Source: a phage. Taken from it: DNA of 64,000 bases. This document shows, in pieces, positions 55,866 through 64,000 of this stretch. The notes beneath the pieces were generated by a model, which saw only the letters and a program-made list of their open reading frames with translations, had not been told where the DNA came from and made no database searches. Position 1 is the stretch's first letter; each line of letters opens with the position of its first letter. The DNA is taken from sequence record PZ445487.1, one strand, 5' to 3'. A program made the translations under genes and the position numbers.

Positions 55866-56705
55866 ATGCAATCTGCGTCTAAAGTTGTATCCATGAAGCC
55901 AGCGAAGACAAAATCTGCTCGTAAGAAAGACACCATCCAGAAGGAAGAAGACTGGATGAAGTTTTCCAAAGGCGATTTCAAAATTGCTCCGTTCAATGGC
56001 CTCTCAGAAAATCAGAACCTCGCATATCAATCCGCACTCAATGAACATCTCACTATCGCTATCGGTCCGGCAGGTACAGGCAAATCCTATTGTGGTGCAT
56101 CTGCTGCAGCAAAACATCTGATTGACAAAACCATCAACAAGATTATCATCACGCGTTCTCCCCTTCCAACTGGCACCACAGCAGGGTTCCGGCCTGGTGA
56201 TACATATGAAAAGTTGATGCCTTATTTGATGCCGCTCATACAGACATTCAAAAAGGTTCTCAAAACAGATACGGGTTCCGACGGTTTCTTCAACTATCTG
56301 TGGGAGAAACGCATCATAGAAATTCAAGACCTTGAAACTGTAAAAGGGATGACTTTCGATGATTGTTTCCTGATTATCGAAGAGGCGCAGGAATGCGATA
56401 TGGAGCAGCTGAAGAACTTACTGACCCGTGCTTCAGATTCTTCGTACATCTTCGTGAATGGAGATATCAAACAGTCTAACAAGCGATTGCGTGATAGTGC
56501 GTTACAGACGTATGTGGATTCCTTTAAAGACTTCAACAATAAGCTGGAAACAGGTTCCTTGCAAATTGACGGTGTAGAAATCGGAGATGAATATCCAGAG
56601 TGGGTTCAACCATTCAGCATCATCGAATTCGATAAGTCTGATCGTAATGGTCGCGGCAACTTCACCCGCCTGATGTTAGAAATTAACGACCTGTACAACA
56701 TTTAA
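55866..56705 (+). CDS. phoH: PhoH-like P-loop ATPase
   Basis: Walker A GPAGTGKS and overall PhoH organisation (IITRSPLP, IIEEAQE, FVNGDIKQSN). Confidence 0.85.
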   Translation: MQSASKVVSMKPAKTKSARKKDTIQKEEDWMKFSKGDFKIAPFNGLSENQNLAYQSALNEHLTIAIGPAGTGKSYCGASAAAKHLIDKTINKIIITRSPLPTGTTAGFRPGDTYEKLMPYLMPLIQTFKKVLKTDTGSDGFFNYLWEKRIIEIQDLETVKGMTFDDCFLIIEEAQECDMEQLKNLLTRASDSSYIFVNGDIKQSNKRLRDSALQTYVDSFKDFNNKLETGSLQIDGVEIGDEYPEWVQPFSIIEFDKSDRNGRGNFTRLMLEINDLYNI

Positions 56706-56789
56706 ATACCACACGAACTTCCCCGTCGCCTTCAATCCATGGAGGCGACGTATAATAACAGCCTGCATAAACACAAACCGAGGATCGCT

Positions 56790-59066
56790 ATGATTAACAT
56801 CATAAAGCGGGACGGATCTTCTGTCCCCTTTGACATTGAAAAACTCCATACCGTTATTGAACGAGCATGTGACGGCCTTGAAGGAGTATCGGTGTCTGAG
56901 GTGGAAGCCGCATCGAAGATTCAATTCACCGATAACATGAAAACCGAACGCATTCAGGATATCATTATCCAAGCTGCGGCCACCTTAATTTCTGTTGATA
57001 AACCCAACTATCAATATGTTGCTGCCCGCCTGAAGTCGTATGACCTGCGCAAGGTTGTCTATGGTCAGTACAAGCCACCTCATTTGCTGGATATTTTTGC
57101 AAAGAACACCAAGCTGGGTGTTTATGACCGCGAATTCCTCGAACTTTACTCTAAAGAAGAATTCGAAGAACTTAACACAGTCATCAACCACAAACGCGAC
57201 AAGAATTTCACTTGGGCAGCAATGGGCCAGCTGACTCAAAAATATCTTTTGCGTGATCGTTCTTCTGACAGCAAAGTGTATTATGAAACCCCTCAAGTCA
57301 TGTACATGGCAATCGCTATGGCATTATTCTCAGCGTGGGATAAAGAAAGCAGACTGACAATGGTGAAGAAGTTCTATGAATACGCCAGTACAGGCAAATT
57401 CAGTCTTCCAACACCTATTATGTCCGGCGTCCGCACCCCGACCCGACAGTTCAGCTCTTGTGTATTGATCAAAACTGGTGATACATTGGACTCAATTAAT
57501 GCCACTGCGAAAAGCATCGTGGATTATGTTTCCAAACGTGCTGGCATCGGATTCGATGTTGGGGCAATTCGTGGCATCGGTAGCCCTATCCGTAAAGGGG
57601 AAATGGTCCATACAGGTCTGGTTCCATTCATCAAGTATTTGACTGGTGCCCTGAAGTCTTGCTCTCAAGGCGGTATCCGTGGTGGATCGGCAACATGCTA
57701 TGTTCCCATCTGGCATTATCAATTTGATGATGTCGTTGTTCTCAAAAACAACCGTGGATTGGAAGAGAACCGTGAACGCCGTATCGACTATGGGATTCAG
57801 ATTAACCGCGTCATGTTCGAGCGCCTGGTGAACAAACAGCCTCTATACCTGTTTGATCCAAAAGACAACCGCGAAATGTATGAAGCATTTTTCGCAGACG
57901 TCAATAAATTCCGCGAAATGTACGACAATATGATCAAGGCCGCCGACGCCGGATTATGTCGTTCCAAAAAGCTGCAAGCTGAAGAAGTGTTCCAAATGCT
58001 ACTAGACCAGCGTTCTGACACTGGACGGATCTACATCGCATTCGTTGATCACATGAACGAGTATAGTCCGTTCAATTTGGACACGATTTATAGCTCTAAT
58101 CTGTGTTTAGAAATCGCGCTTCCGACTCGTGAGTTCCAACAGTATGATGATGAAGATGGTCGCATTGCCCTGTGTACACTCGCATCATTTAACCTGACGG
58201 CATTTGAAGATCCAACAGAAATGGAAGATGTTGCTTTCGTTCTGGTTTCAGCTTTGGATATGTTGTTGGAATATCAGGACTACCCAGCTCGCCAAGCCCG
58301 TTTGGCCGTAGAAGAATATCGTCCTCTGGGTATCGGTATCGTCAACGTCGCACATTTCCTGGCCAAGAATTTCACGGGTTATGGATCGCCTATCGGATTA
58401 GAACTTCTAGACAAGTGGATGGCGCATCTTCATTTCTACTTGGTCAAAGCGTCCAACCGTCTGGCCATGCGTTTCGGATCTTGTAAGAAGTCAACTATCC
58501 ATGATTCCGGATTTGTAACAGCCGACCTTCAGCCTCTCCCGCTGGACATCCTACCCAATGGCAAAAAGCCTGTTGGGCAAGCCTATGGTCTTGACTGGGA
58601 AGGTCTTAAGCAGAACCTATCCGAGTATGGGATCCGTAACGCCACGTTGTTAGCCGTAGCACCAACTGAAAGCTCCTCTCAGGTGCTGAACGCAACGAAC
58701 GGTATAGAGCCACCAAAAGGTCTCATCAGCATCAAAGGCAGCAAGGACGGCGTCTATAAACAGATCGTTCCGGATGTAGAAACCCTTGGTCCTCTATATG
58801 ACCTGAAATGGAATCTGGATTGTATTGAATACCTGAAGACGGCTGCGGTCATACAACGTTGGGTAGATCAATCTATCAGCACCAACACATGGTATGACCC
58901 AGAGAAATATCCAGAAGGCAAGATCCCGCGCTCTCTTATGATGCAGGATATTCTGTCTTTCTACATGTGGGGTGGTAAAACTCTGTATTACAACACCAAC
59001 AAAGACTCCAAGGAAGATGAAGAGTTGAAACAAGTTGAAGAAATTTGTGATACCTGTGTTGTTTGA
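56790..59066 (+). CDS. nrdA: Ribonucleotide reductase class Ia alpha subunit (NrdA)
   Basis: Extensive blocks shared with NrdA (PTPIMSGVRTPTRQFSSCVLI, SCSQGGIRGGSAT, NLCLEIALP, PTESSSQ, C-terminal Cys pair). Start set to the SD-supported ATG aligning with the T4 N-terminus. Confidence 0.9.
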   Translation: MINIIKRDGSSVPFDIEKLHTVIERACDGLEGVSVSEVEAASKIQFTDNMKTERIQDIIIQAAATLISVDKPNYQYVAARLKSYDLRKVVYGQYKPPHLLDIFAKNTKLGVYDREFLELYSKEEFEELNTVINHKRDKNFTWAAMGQLTQKYLLRDRSSDSKVYYETPQVMYMAIAMALFSAWDKESRLTMVKKFYEYASTGKFSLPTPIMSGVRTPTRQFSSCVLIKTGDTLDSINATAKSIVDYVSKRAGIGFDVGAIRGIGSPIRKGEMVHTGLVPFIKYLTGALKSCSQGGIRGGSATCYVPIWHYQFDDVVVLKNNRGLEENRERRIDYGIQINRVMFERLVNKQPLYLFDPKDNREMYEAFFADVNKFREMYDNMIKAADAGLCRSKKLQAEEVFQMLLDQRSDTGRIYIAFVDHMNEYSPFNLDTIYSSNLCLEIALPTREFQQYDDEDGRIALCTLASFNLTAFEDPTEMEDVAFVLVSALDMLLEYQDYPARQARLAVEEYRPLGIGIVNVAHFLAKNFTGYGSPIGLELLDKWMAHLHFYLVKASNRLAMRFGSCKKSTIHDSGFVTADLQPLPLDILPNGKKPVGQAYGLDWEGLKQNLSEYGIRNATLLAVAPTESSSQVLNATNGIEPPKGLISIKGSKDGVYKQIVPDVETLGPLYDLKWNLDCIEYLKTAAVIQRWVDQSISTNTWYDPEKYPEGKIPRSLMMQDILSFYMWGGKTLYYNTNKDSKEDEELKQVEEICDTCVV

Positions 59067-59097
59067 TTAGGTCTATACAACACAAACGTTTAATATC

Positions 59098-59117
59098 AGG
59101 GGTGATTCGTCACCCCT
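59098..59117 (+). other. Hairpin in the nrdA-nrdB intergenic region
   Basis: aggggtga-ttcg-tcacccct with only a weak T-run; possible attenuator or RNA-processing site. Confidence 0.35.
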
Positions 59118-59136
59118 TATTCATCAGGAAAGAAAC

Positions 59137-60240
59137 ATGAACGAACAAAAGCAATTCTCAGTATTCGATCCATCTTCAAATAATACAGGACTGCCATTCT
59201 TTGGCGACCCTGTAAGTATCCAGCGTTATGACAAAGTGGCTTGGCCTTTTGTTCAAAAATGGTATGAAAAAGGCCTCAGCCAATTCTGGCGTCCGGAAGA
59301 AGTGGATGTCACCAAAGACAAAGCAGACTTTGCCACTCTATCCGCTGCGGAACAACACATCTACTTCAGCAACCTGAAACGACAGACCATGCTGGATTCT
59401 ATCCAGGGTGCTGCTCCGTTCGAAGCGTTTGGCCCATGGGCATCAACACCAGAAGCGCAATTTGCTATTCTGGAGTGGACGCGCCAAGAAGCCATCCACT
59501 CACTATCTTACACGCATATCCTTCGTAACACAGTGAATGATCCTGGTATCGTTTTTGACCATGTTCTGGACGTTCAGGAGATCGTCGATTGCGCCGGACA
59601 GATCAGCGTATACTACGACGACATGGTGCGTTACAGCGGGATGCGTATGGCTGGACGCGCGTTCACCCGTGAAGACATCATGAACGCCAAGCGTGCATTC
59701 TGGCGTGCTCTGTTTGCCGCCAACTCCCTCGAAGGCGTCCGTTTCTATGTTTCATTTGCGTGTTCTTGGGCATTCATGCAATTCCTCAACAAAATGGAAG
59801 GCAACGCTAAAATCATCCGTCAGATTGCTCGTGATGAGCAAGATCACCTCATCCTGACCCAGACTTTCCTGAACCGTCTGCCACTGATGGACCCTGATTT
59901 TGCCATTATTAGAGAAGAACTGCGCGGCGAAATGACCCAGATGTATGTCGACGTTGTCAACCAAGAAAAAGAATGGGCGAATTATCTGTTCAAAGACGGC
60001 TCAATGCTGGGACTGAATGCAAATATCCTTCATCAAATGGTGGACTGGTTGGCAACACACCGTATGGGAGCTATTGGCCACCCATATCCAGGACAAGCCC
60101 GTAAAGACAATCCGGTGCCATGGATAAATGAGTGGCTAGATAATAAAACAATGCAATATGCATTACAGGAAGCGGAAGCTCCTGATTATCTGACTGGTGT
60201 CCTTACTGGATCAGTCTCCGACGGTCTGAAATTTGCCTAA
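59137..60240 (+). CDS. nrdB: Ribonucleotide reductase class Ia beta subunit (NrdB)
   Basis: Di-iron/tyrosyl-radical protein hallmarks (RPEEVDV, EAIHSLSYTHI, EGVRFYVSFA, RDEQDH); uninterrupted ORF, no intron. Confidence 0.9.
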   Translation: MNEQKQFSVFDPSSNNTGLPFFGDPVSIQRYDKVAWPFVQKWYEKGLSQFWRPEEVDVTKDKADFATLSAAEQHIYFSNLKRQTMLDSIQGAAPFEAFGPWASTPEAQFAILEWTRQEAIHSLSYTHILRNTVNDPGIVFDHVLDVQEIVDCAGQISVYYDDMVRYSGMRMAGRAFTREDIMNAKRAFWRALFAANSLEGVRFYVSFACSWAFMQFLNKMEGNAKIIRQIARDEQDHLILTQTFLNRLPLMDPDFAIIREELRGEMTQMYVDVVNQEKEWANYLFKDGSMLGLNANILHQMVDWLATHRMGAIGHPYPGQARKDNPVPWINEWLDNKTMQYALQEAEAPDYLTGVLTGSVSDGLKFA

Positions 60241-60249
60241 AGGTGAGAA

Positions 60250-60474
60250 ATGATTACGATTTATTCCAAACAAGGTTGTGCGCAATGTTTACAAGCTGAA
60301 AACATCTGTCGCATTCGCGGTATTGAACACCAAATTCTGAAGCTAGACAAAGACTACAAGCTGGAAGAATTACAGAAAATCACTGGTAAGCAACGCATGT
60401 CTATGCCCGTGATTGTTCTGGCTGACCAAACCGTGACCGACGTTACTGGACTCGCCGCAAGTTTGAAACGCTGA
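60250..60474 (+). CDS. Glutaredoxin/NrdH-like redoxin
   Basis: 74 aa with CAQC active site in a thioredoxin-fold context, directly after nrdB (the position of nrdC in T4). Confidence 0.75.
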   Translation: MITIYSKQGCAQCLQAENICRIRGIEHQILKLDKDYKLEELQKITGKQRMSMPVIVLADQTVTDVTGLAASLKR

Positions 60475-60482
60475 TCTTTCAA

Positions 60483-60529
60483 AGCCCCTCATTGAGGGGC
60501 TTTACTTTTGAAACCTTTCCGCCTATACT
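60483..60529 (+). promoter_or_regulatory. Hairpin overlapping a sigma70-type early promoter (PeSL-like cassette)
   Basis: Hairpin agcccctc-att-gaggggct; -35 ctttac, 18-nt spacer, -10 tatact; leader ...aatagcaggaactatatcATG follows. Confidence 0.5.
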
Positions 60530-60580
60530 TCCCAGTAATTCATTGGCAAACGCCACAAATTGAATAGCAGGAACTATATC

Positions 60581-60814
60581 ATGACCAACTCTGAAATATA
60601 TCATGCTTCTATGCATTATCACGACCTACGCGCCCGTCCAGGACACGCCAAACAAAAAGCATTCTGGGTGGCAGAACTCAGATTACGCCGTGCTGTCGTT
60701 AACCACCAAATAATCATGAATCGGAAAAACGACAAATCACCGTTGTTGGCAGATTCTTATCTTGAACTCCGCACAGCCTATGAACAAGCCAAACAGCACG
60801 TAATAGGAGCATAA
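60581..60814 (+). CDS. Hypothetical protein (77 aa)
   Basis: ATG after the conserved leader; the track ORF begins at an upstream TTG (60560). Confidence 0.45.
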   Translation: MTNSEIYHASMHYHDLRARPGHAKQKAFWVAELRLRRAVVNHQIIMNRKNDKSPLLADSYLELRTAYEQAKQHVIGA

Positions 60815-60815
60815 T

Positions 60816-61277
60816 ATGTCCAACAAATTACTCACCAACCCCCGCCACAACTTTGGTTATATCCAATTACCAGAAGTGATAGACACGTTGTTTGCTGAAG
60901 ACAAGGAAGAAGTTTGTTGGGCACCAGCGACTCTTATTGAACGCGAAATTTTCAAATCTGAAGTAGACGTGATGTTCCGCATCGGTTCATCCGGAGACCT
61001 CCATTATTTGGGGAAAGTGACCGAGTTAAAGACCTGCCATGCTCAAAGATTTTTGCGCATTGACACCACTCAATGTGAAGACTTTTCATTCAGCATTCTG
61101 CGTGAATATGTTCAGGTCAACCGTCCTGTGTATCAACACCGTCCTTATTTGACGTCGATGCATATAGACAATTATATTTCTGACATTCATTTACGTGCAT
61201 CAACTATCCATGAAGAAGATTCTGGTGTCGCGGTTGATACAGTACTCAATATGATCGTCATTACTTTGGTGCCGTGA
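60816..61277 (+). CDS. Hypothetical protein (153 aa)
   Basis: ORF 1 nt after the preceding stop. Confidence 0.45.
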   Translation: MSNKLLTNPRHNFGYIQLPEVIDTLFAEDKEEVCWAPATLIEREIFKSEVDVMFRIGSSGDLHYLGKVTELKTCHAQRFLRIDTTQCEDFSFSILREYVQVNRPVYQHRPYLTSMHIDNYISDIHLRASTIHEEDSGVAVDTVLNMIVITLVP

Positions 61278-61278
61278 T

Positions 61279-61617
61279 ATGTACAAATTCCCGATATTAG
61301 AAACAGTGTACTCTGTTCACAAAAAGGAAGGTCCATTATTTGAAAATTTGGATATTCTGTTAAAGGAAAATGTCCGTATCCCTCTGGTTCTAAAGGGAAA
61401 GCAAATAGGATATAGCCATGACTGCCAAATAATGCGTTCTGAAGGCACCGACGTCTTACGCATCCGTCTGACATTTGTGTTGACAGGTAATCTGGACGGT
61501 ATGGTGGTTAATCTGAAACCAACCACCATAGTCCACAGAACGGGTGGGAAAATATTATATCGTTTATTAACTCATTTTGAGTTGGTGACAAAATGCTCTG
61601 CCACGGACGTTCTTTAA
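61279..61617 (+). CDS. Hypothetical protein (112 aa)
   Basis: ORF immediately after the preceding gene. Confidence 0.4.
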   Translation: MYKFPILETVYSVHKKEGPLFENLDILLKENVRIPLVLKGKQIGYSHDCQIMRSEGTDVLRIRLTFVLTGNLDGMVVNLKPTTIVHRTGGKILYRLLTHFELVTKCSATDVL

Positions 61618-61998
61618 TCAATTTGTCCGTTTCAACCATATGGTGTCTGTTATCGGCTCTGGGTTGTTGACCACATAGAACGTGATGGTTACGCCCAGAG
61701 AATGATAATCGTCCGACAATGATACATCAACAGATTGCAATTCAGCTCTTGGCTCAAAAAGAGCAATGGCATCTTCAACTTTGTTCTTCACGTCGACCTG
61801 TATCGTGGGATTTGTATTTTCTCCCAGCATGGTATACAACCCCGCCCCAATACTCGGATACGTCGGCCAATCACCTACCGTCGCCATCACTATATTACGC
61901 ACAGATTGTAGTACAGCATAAATGCCTGTTTTCTTAGTGACATCTTTGGTGACCGGATGCATGCCAAACTTCAGGTCAATGTCCTTGTACTCTTTCAT
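61618..61998 (-). CDS. 25: Baseplate wedge protein gp25-like
   Basis: Minus strand; MKEYKDIDLKFG...VRNIVMATVGDWP...LFEPRAEL...VTITFYVVNNPEPI parallels T4 gp25; SD aagggg before the chosen ATG. Confidence 0.7.
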   Translation of the reverse strand: MKEYKDIDLKFGMHPVTKDVTKKTGIYAVLQSVRNIVMATVGDWPTYPSIGAGLYTMLGENTNPTIQVDVKNKVEDAIALFEPRAELQSVDVSLSDDYHSLGVTITFYVVNNPEPITDTIWLKRTN

Positions 61999-62062
61999 GT
62001 TAAACCCCTTTGGATATTGCCTCTCCAGCACGAGAGGGCATTATCTGCCCTCACCAGTGTAA

Positions 62063-63688
62063 TCATGCGCCTTTACCACCAAAATTGCCGCCGTTATCCT
62101 CTAACTCCGGTTTTATATCAATTGGACCTGGGCCTGTAGTTGTTACAGGAGTTGCCCCCGCACGTGAGGCGGCGCGGCCAGCGCCTTCAGCATATTTGAT
62201 GTTGCCTTCAATAGTCTGTGCAACCGATAATTTATCACAAATTATTTCAGTTGCCAGTATCTTAGGAACCTTCAAAGTGTTAGACACTTCAAACATTTCA
62301 CAGATGAGACGCAACACGTTCTGTGCCTGTATCTCAGCCAATTGGGAAAATTTCATCAACGCTGTTCCAGCGACCACATTGGAATAGTTAGAAGAGTGTA
62401 AGTGGTAAACTTCTCCTTTCTTGCGCTGTACTTCAGTCCCACCAATTGTCAGGTTATGATCACCCCCCACATAATAACGTTTGTCGAACATCGTCAGGTC
62501 ATAATGATCTTTGACTGATTTATTAACAACATCACCGTCAGGAAGCATTTGCTTGTAAGACCCAGAAGAGTGCATCCAATGCAAACGTTCCCCGCCTGGA
62601 GTGTCATCGACCTCCATAATATGCCCAGCTCGAGAAGCCATAACATTGTTGTATGGATAACGAGACCCTCCAGCCGAAGGAACCGATACCTCTCCTGTGT
62701 TGTCAATATCCTGAACACGACCAGAAGGAGGCGGTGTTTCTTGGACTTTCGGGGTACGATCTGGAATAGGTTCAGACCATTTACCGTTTTGTTGTGCCGG
62801 AGCTGCTGAAGCTGTAGTTGCTGGACCTGGCCAACGATAACCCAACACGGATGAGCGGCTAAAACGGCTCACCTTCACAGAATCGGATTGGTTTCCCCCG
62901 ATACACCAAACGTAGTTGGCGTCAAATTTCTGAACGAATGCAACGTGACCGAATGTCGGGTTGTTCCCGCGCCGGAACACTACAACAGCGCCGTAACGTG
63001 GTTCTGACAGAGGAGACCCCCATTGTAAATATGAACGAGCCAAAGCAGAACGTGTTGATGTATATCCGGCCTGTATCAGAACCCATCCGACAAACGACGC
63101 ACACCAACTAACTTCATCTTCTGACGCCCCCAGGGAAGTTGTCTTATGATATTCCAATATCCTTGGGTTGTTATTGAACTTACCAGAATATTCTTTGACA
63201 CCCAATTCCCCACGAGCCACGGTCATCCACTTCTCAGGATCATATCCGTCTACTGGTGGTTGTGGATCCGGTTGCGGTTCATCCTCAATCTTAACAGGAA
63301 CATTCTCGACGGCATTATACTTCTGCCTTTCTATAGATTGAACGACCTGACCCAGCGCCAATGGGTTTGTATCTGACCCATCTGTTGGTGTTGCTGCTGG
63401 CCATACCCATGCAATACGGATGTTCTGATATGCTTCATCCAAAGCAAACCCCATGACGTCAGAGCCGACAGTGATACCCGTCGGAGACCAGCCTAAACCT
63501 GCCGAGGAGGCGTTAGATGCTGGCATAAGCATTTTACCCCAAGGCAATAATTCTGTAGGCAGGAGAGTGGTATCCTCCGTGTGTACCCCATAGATGCGTA
63601 CTGCGACGCGCCCGTTTTGATCGGGATCATTCACGTCTTCAACGCGCCCGTAAAACCAACGCAAGTTGTCTAACATATTGAAACCCAT
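62063..63688 (-). CDS. 5: Baseplate hub/tail-associated cell-puncturing protein gp5-like, with CHAP-type domain
   Basis: Minus strand; N-terminus LRWFYGRVEDVNDPDQNGRVAVRIYGVHTEDTTLLPTELLPWG parallels T4 gp5; central SWCASFVGWV and GHVAFV give Cys/His of a CHAP fold; C-terminal VGGDHNLTIGGTEV beta-helix-like repeat. Confidence 0.8.
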   Translation of the reverse strand: MGFNMLDNLRWFYGRVEDVNDPDQNGRVAVRIYGVHTEDTTLLPTELLPWGKMLMPASNASSAGLGWSPTGITVGSDVMGFALDEAYQNIRIAWVWPAATPTDGSDTNPLALGQVVQSIERQKYNAVENVPVKIEDEPQPDPQPPVDGYDPEKWMTVARGELGVKEYSGKFNNNPRILEYHKTTSLGASEDEVSWCASFVGWVLIQAGYTSTRSALARSYLQWGSPLSEPRYGAVVVFRRGNNPTFGHVAFVQKFDANYVWCIGGNQSDSVKVSRFSRSSVLGYRWPGPATTASAAPAQQNGKWSEPIPDRTPKVQETPPPSGRVQDIDNTGEVSVPSAGGSRYPYNNVMASRAGHIMEVDDTPGGERLHWMHSSGSYKQMLPDGDVVNKSVKDHYDLTMFDKRYYVGGDHNLTIGGTEVQRKKGEVYHLHSSNYSNVVAGTALMKFSQLAEIQAQNVLRLICEMFEVSNTLKVPKILATEIICDKLSVAQTIEGNIKYAEGAGRAASRAGATPVTTTGPGPIDIKPELEDNGGNFGGKGA

Positions 63689-63709
63689 TAGTCAATTAGA
63701 ATCATGTGA

Positions 63710-63717
63710 TATTTATG
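63710..63717 (-). promoter_or_regulatory. Late-promoter-like CATAAATA upstream of gene 5
   Basis: Minus-strand cataaata (7 of 8 match to TATAAATA) about 22 nt upstream of the gp5 ATG. Confidence 0.3.
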
Positions 63718-64000
63718 GCGGGGATTTGAAATCTGTCGAATAATATATTATAGGAAGCTCTGCTTCCGTTCAACCTTTATTCTTTTCGTTCCTACTCGCT
63801 GAAGCTCGTAACACCGCCTTGACAGGCAGTCCCATTCCAATGCCATGGAGGCATAAAGGCGAGGAAAATACTGTACACCTCAGAACATGCGTAGAAAAGG
63901 ATTATTTTTGCTTCAAAACAAATTCAAACCCCAATTACACAACACTTACTTCAGCAACAACGGTGTTATAGCAATTTAAGGTTAAACGTTCCTGTCTTAA

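Noticed and set aside
59137-60240. Possible group I intron in nrdB, as in T4
   Set aside because: The nrdB ORF is continuous at full length (367 aa) with no interruption or inserted endonuclease ORF.
1-64000. CRISPR arrays, tRNA or rRNA genes
   Set aside because: No regularly spaced direct repeats and no cloverleaf candidate found in the intergenic regions scanned by eye; a tRNA scan would be needed to be certain.

Overview
This window reads as a segment of a T4-like myovirus genome, almost entirely coding on the + strand. Recognisable modules, left to right: head/tail morphogenesis (gp17 terminase with an in-frame mini-intein, gp18, a GIY-YIG endonuclease, gp19, gp20, gp67/68-like, gp21, gp22, gp23); a block of small unknown genes; uvsW; the replication block 45-44-62-regA; a ~9 kb accessory cluster of unknowns ending in a vWA-domain protein; an ACP-like protein with Asp in place of the phosphopantetheine Ser; a Mod-like ADP-ribosyltransferase candidate; an SPFH lipoprotein; HU-like protein; DinG/XPD-type helicase; RNase HI; gp55-47-46; primase gp61; endolysin; PhoH; NrdA-NrdB-glutaredoxin; and gp25 and gp5 on the minus strand. 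Recurrent hairpin-plus-promoter cassettes with a conserved 5' leader sit in front of several small genes. No tRNA, rRNA or CRISPR array was found. All assignments are by eye from the translated ORFs and my memory of T4-family proteins; no searches were run. CDS coordinates follow the supplied ORF track with start codons adjusted by hand; coordinates of short motifs are approximate to within about 3 nt.
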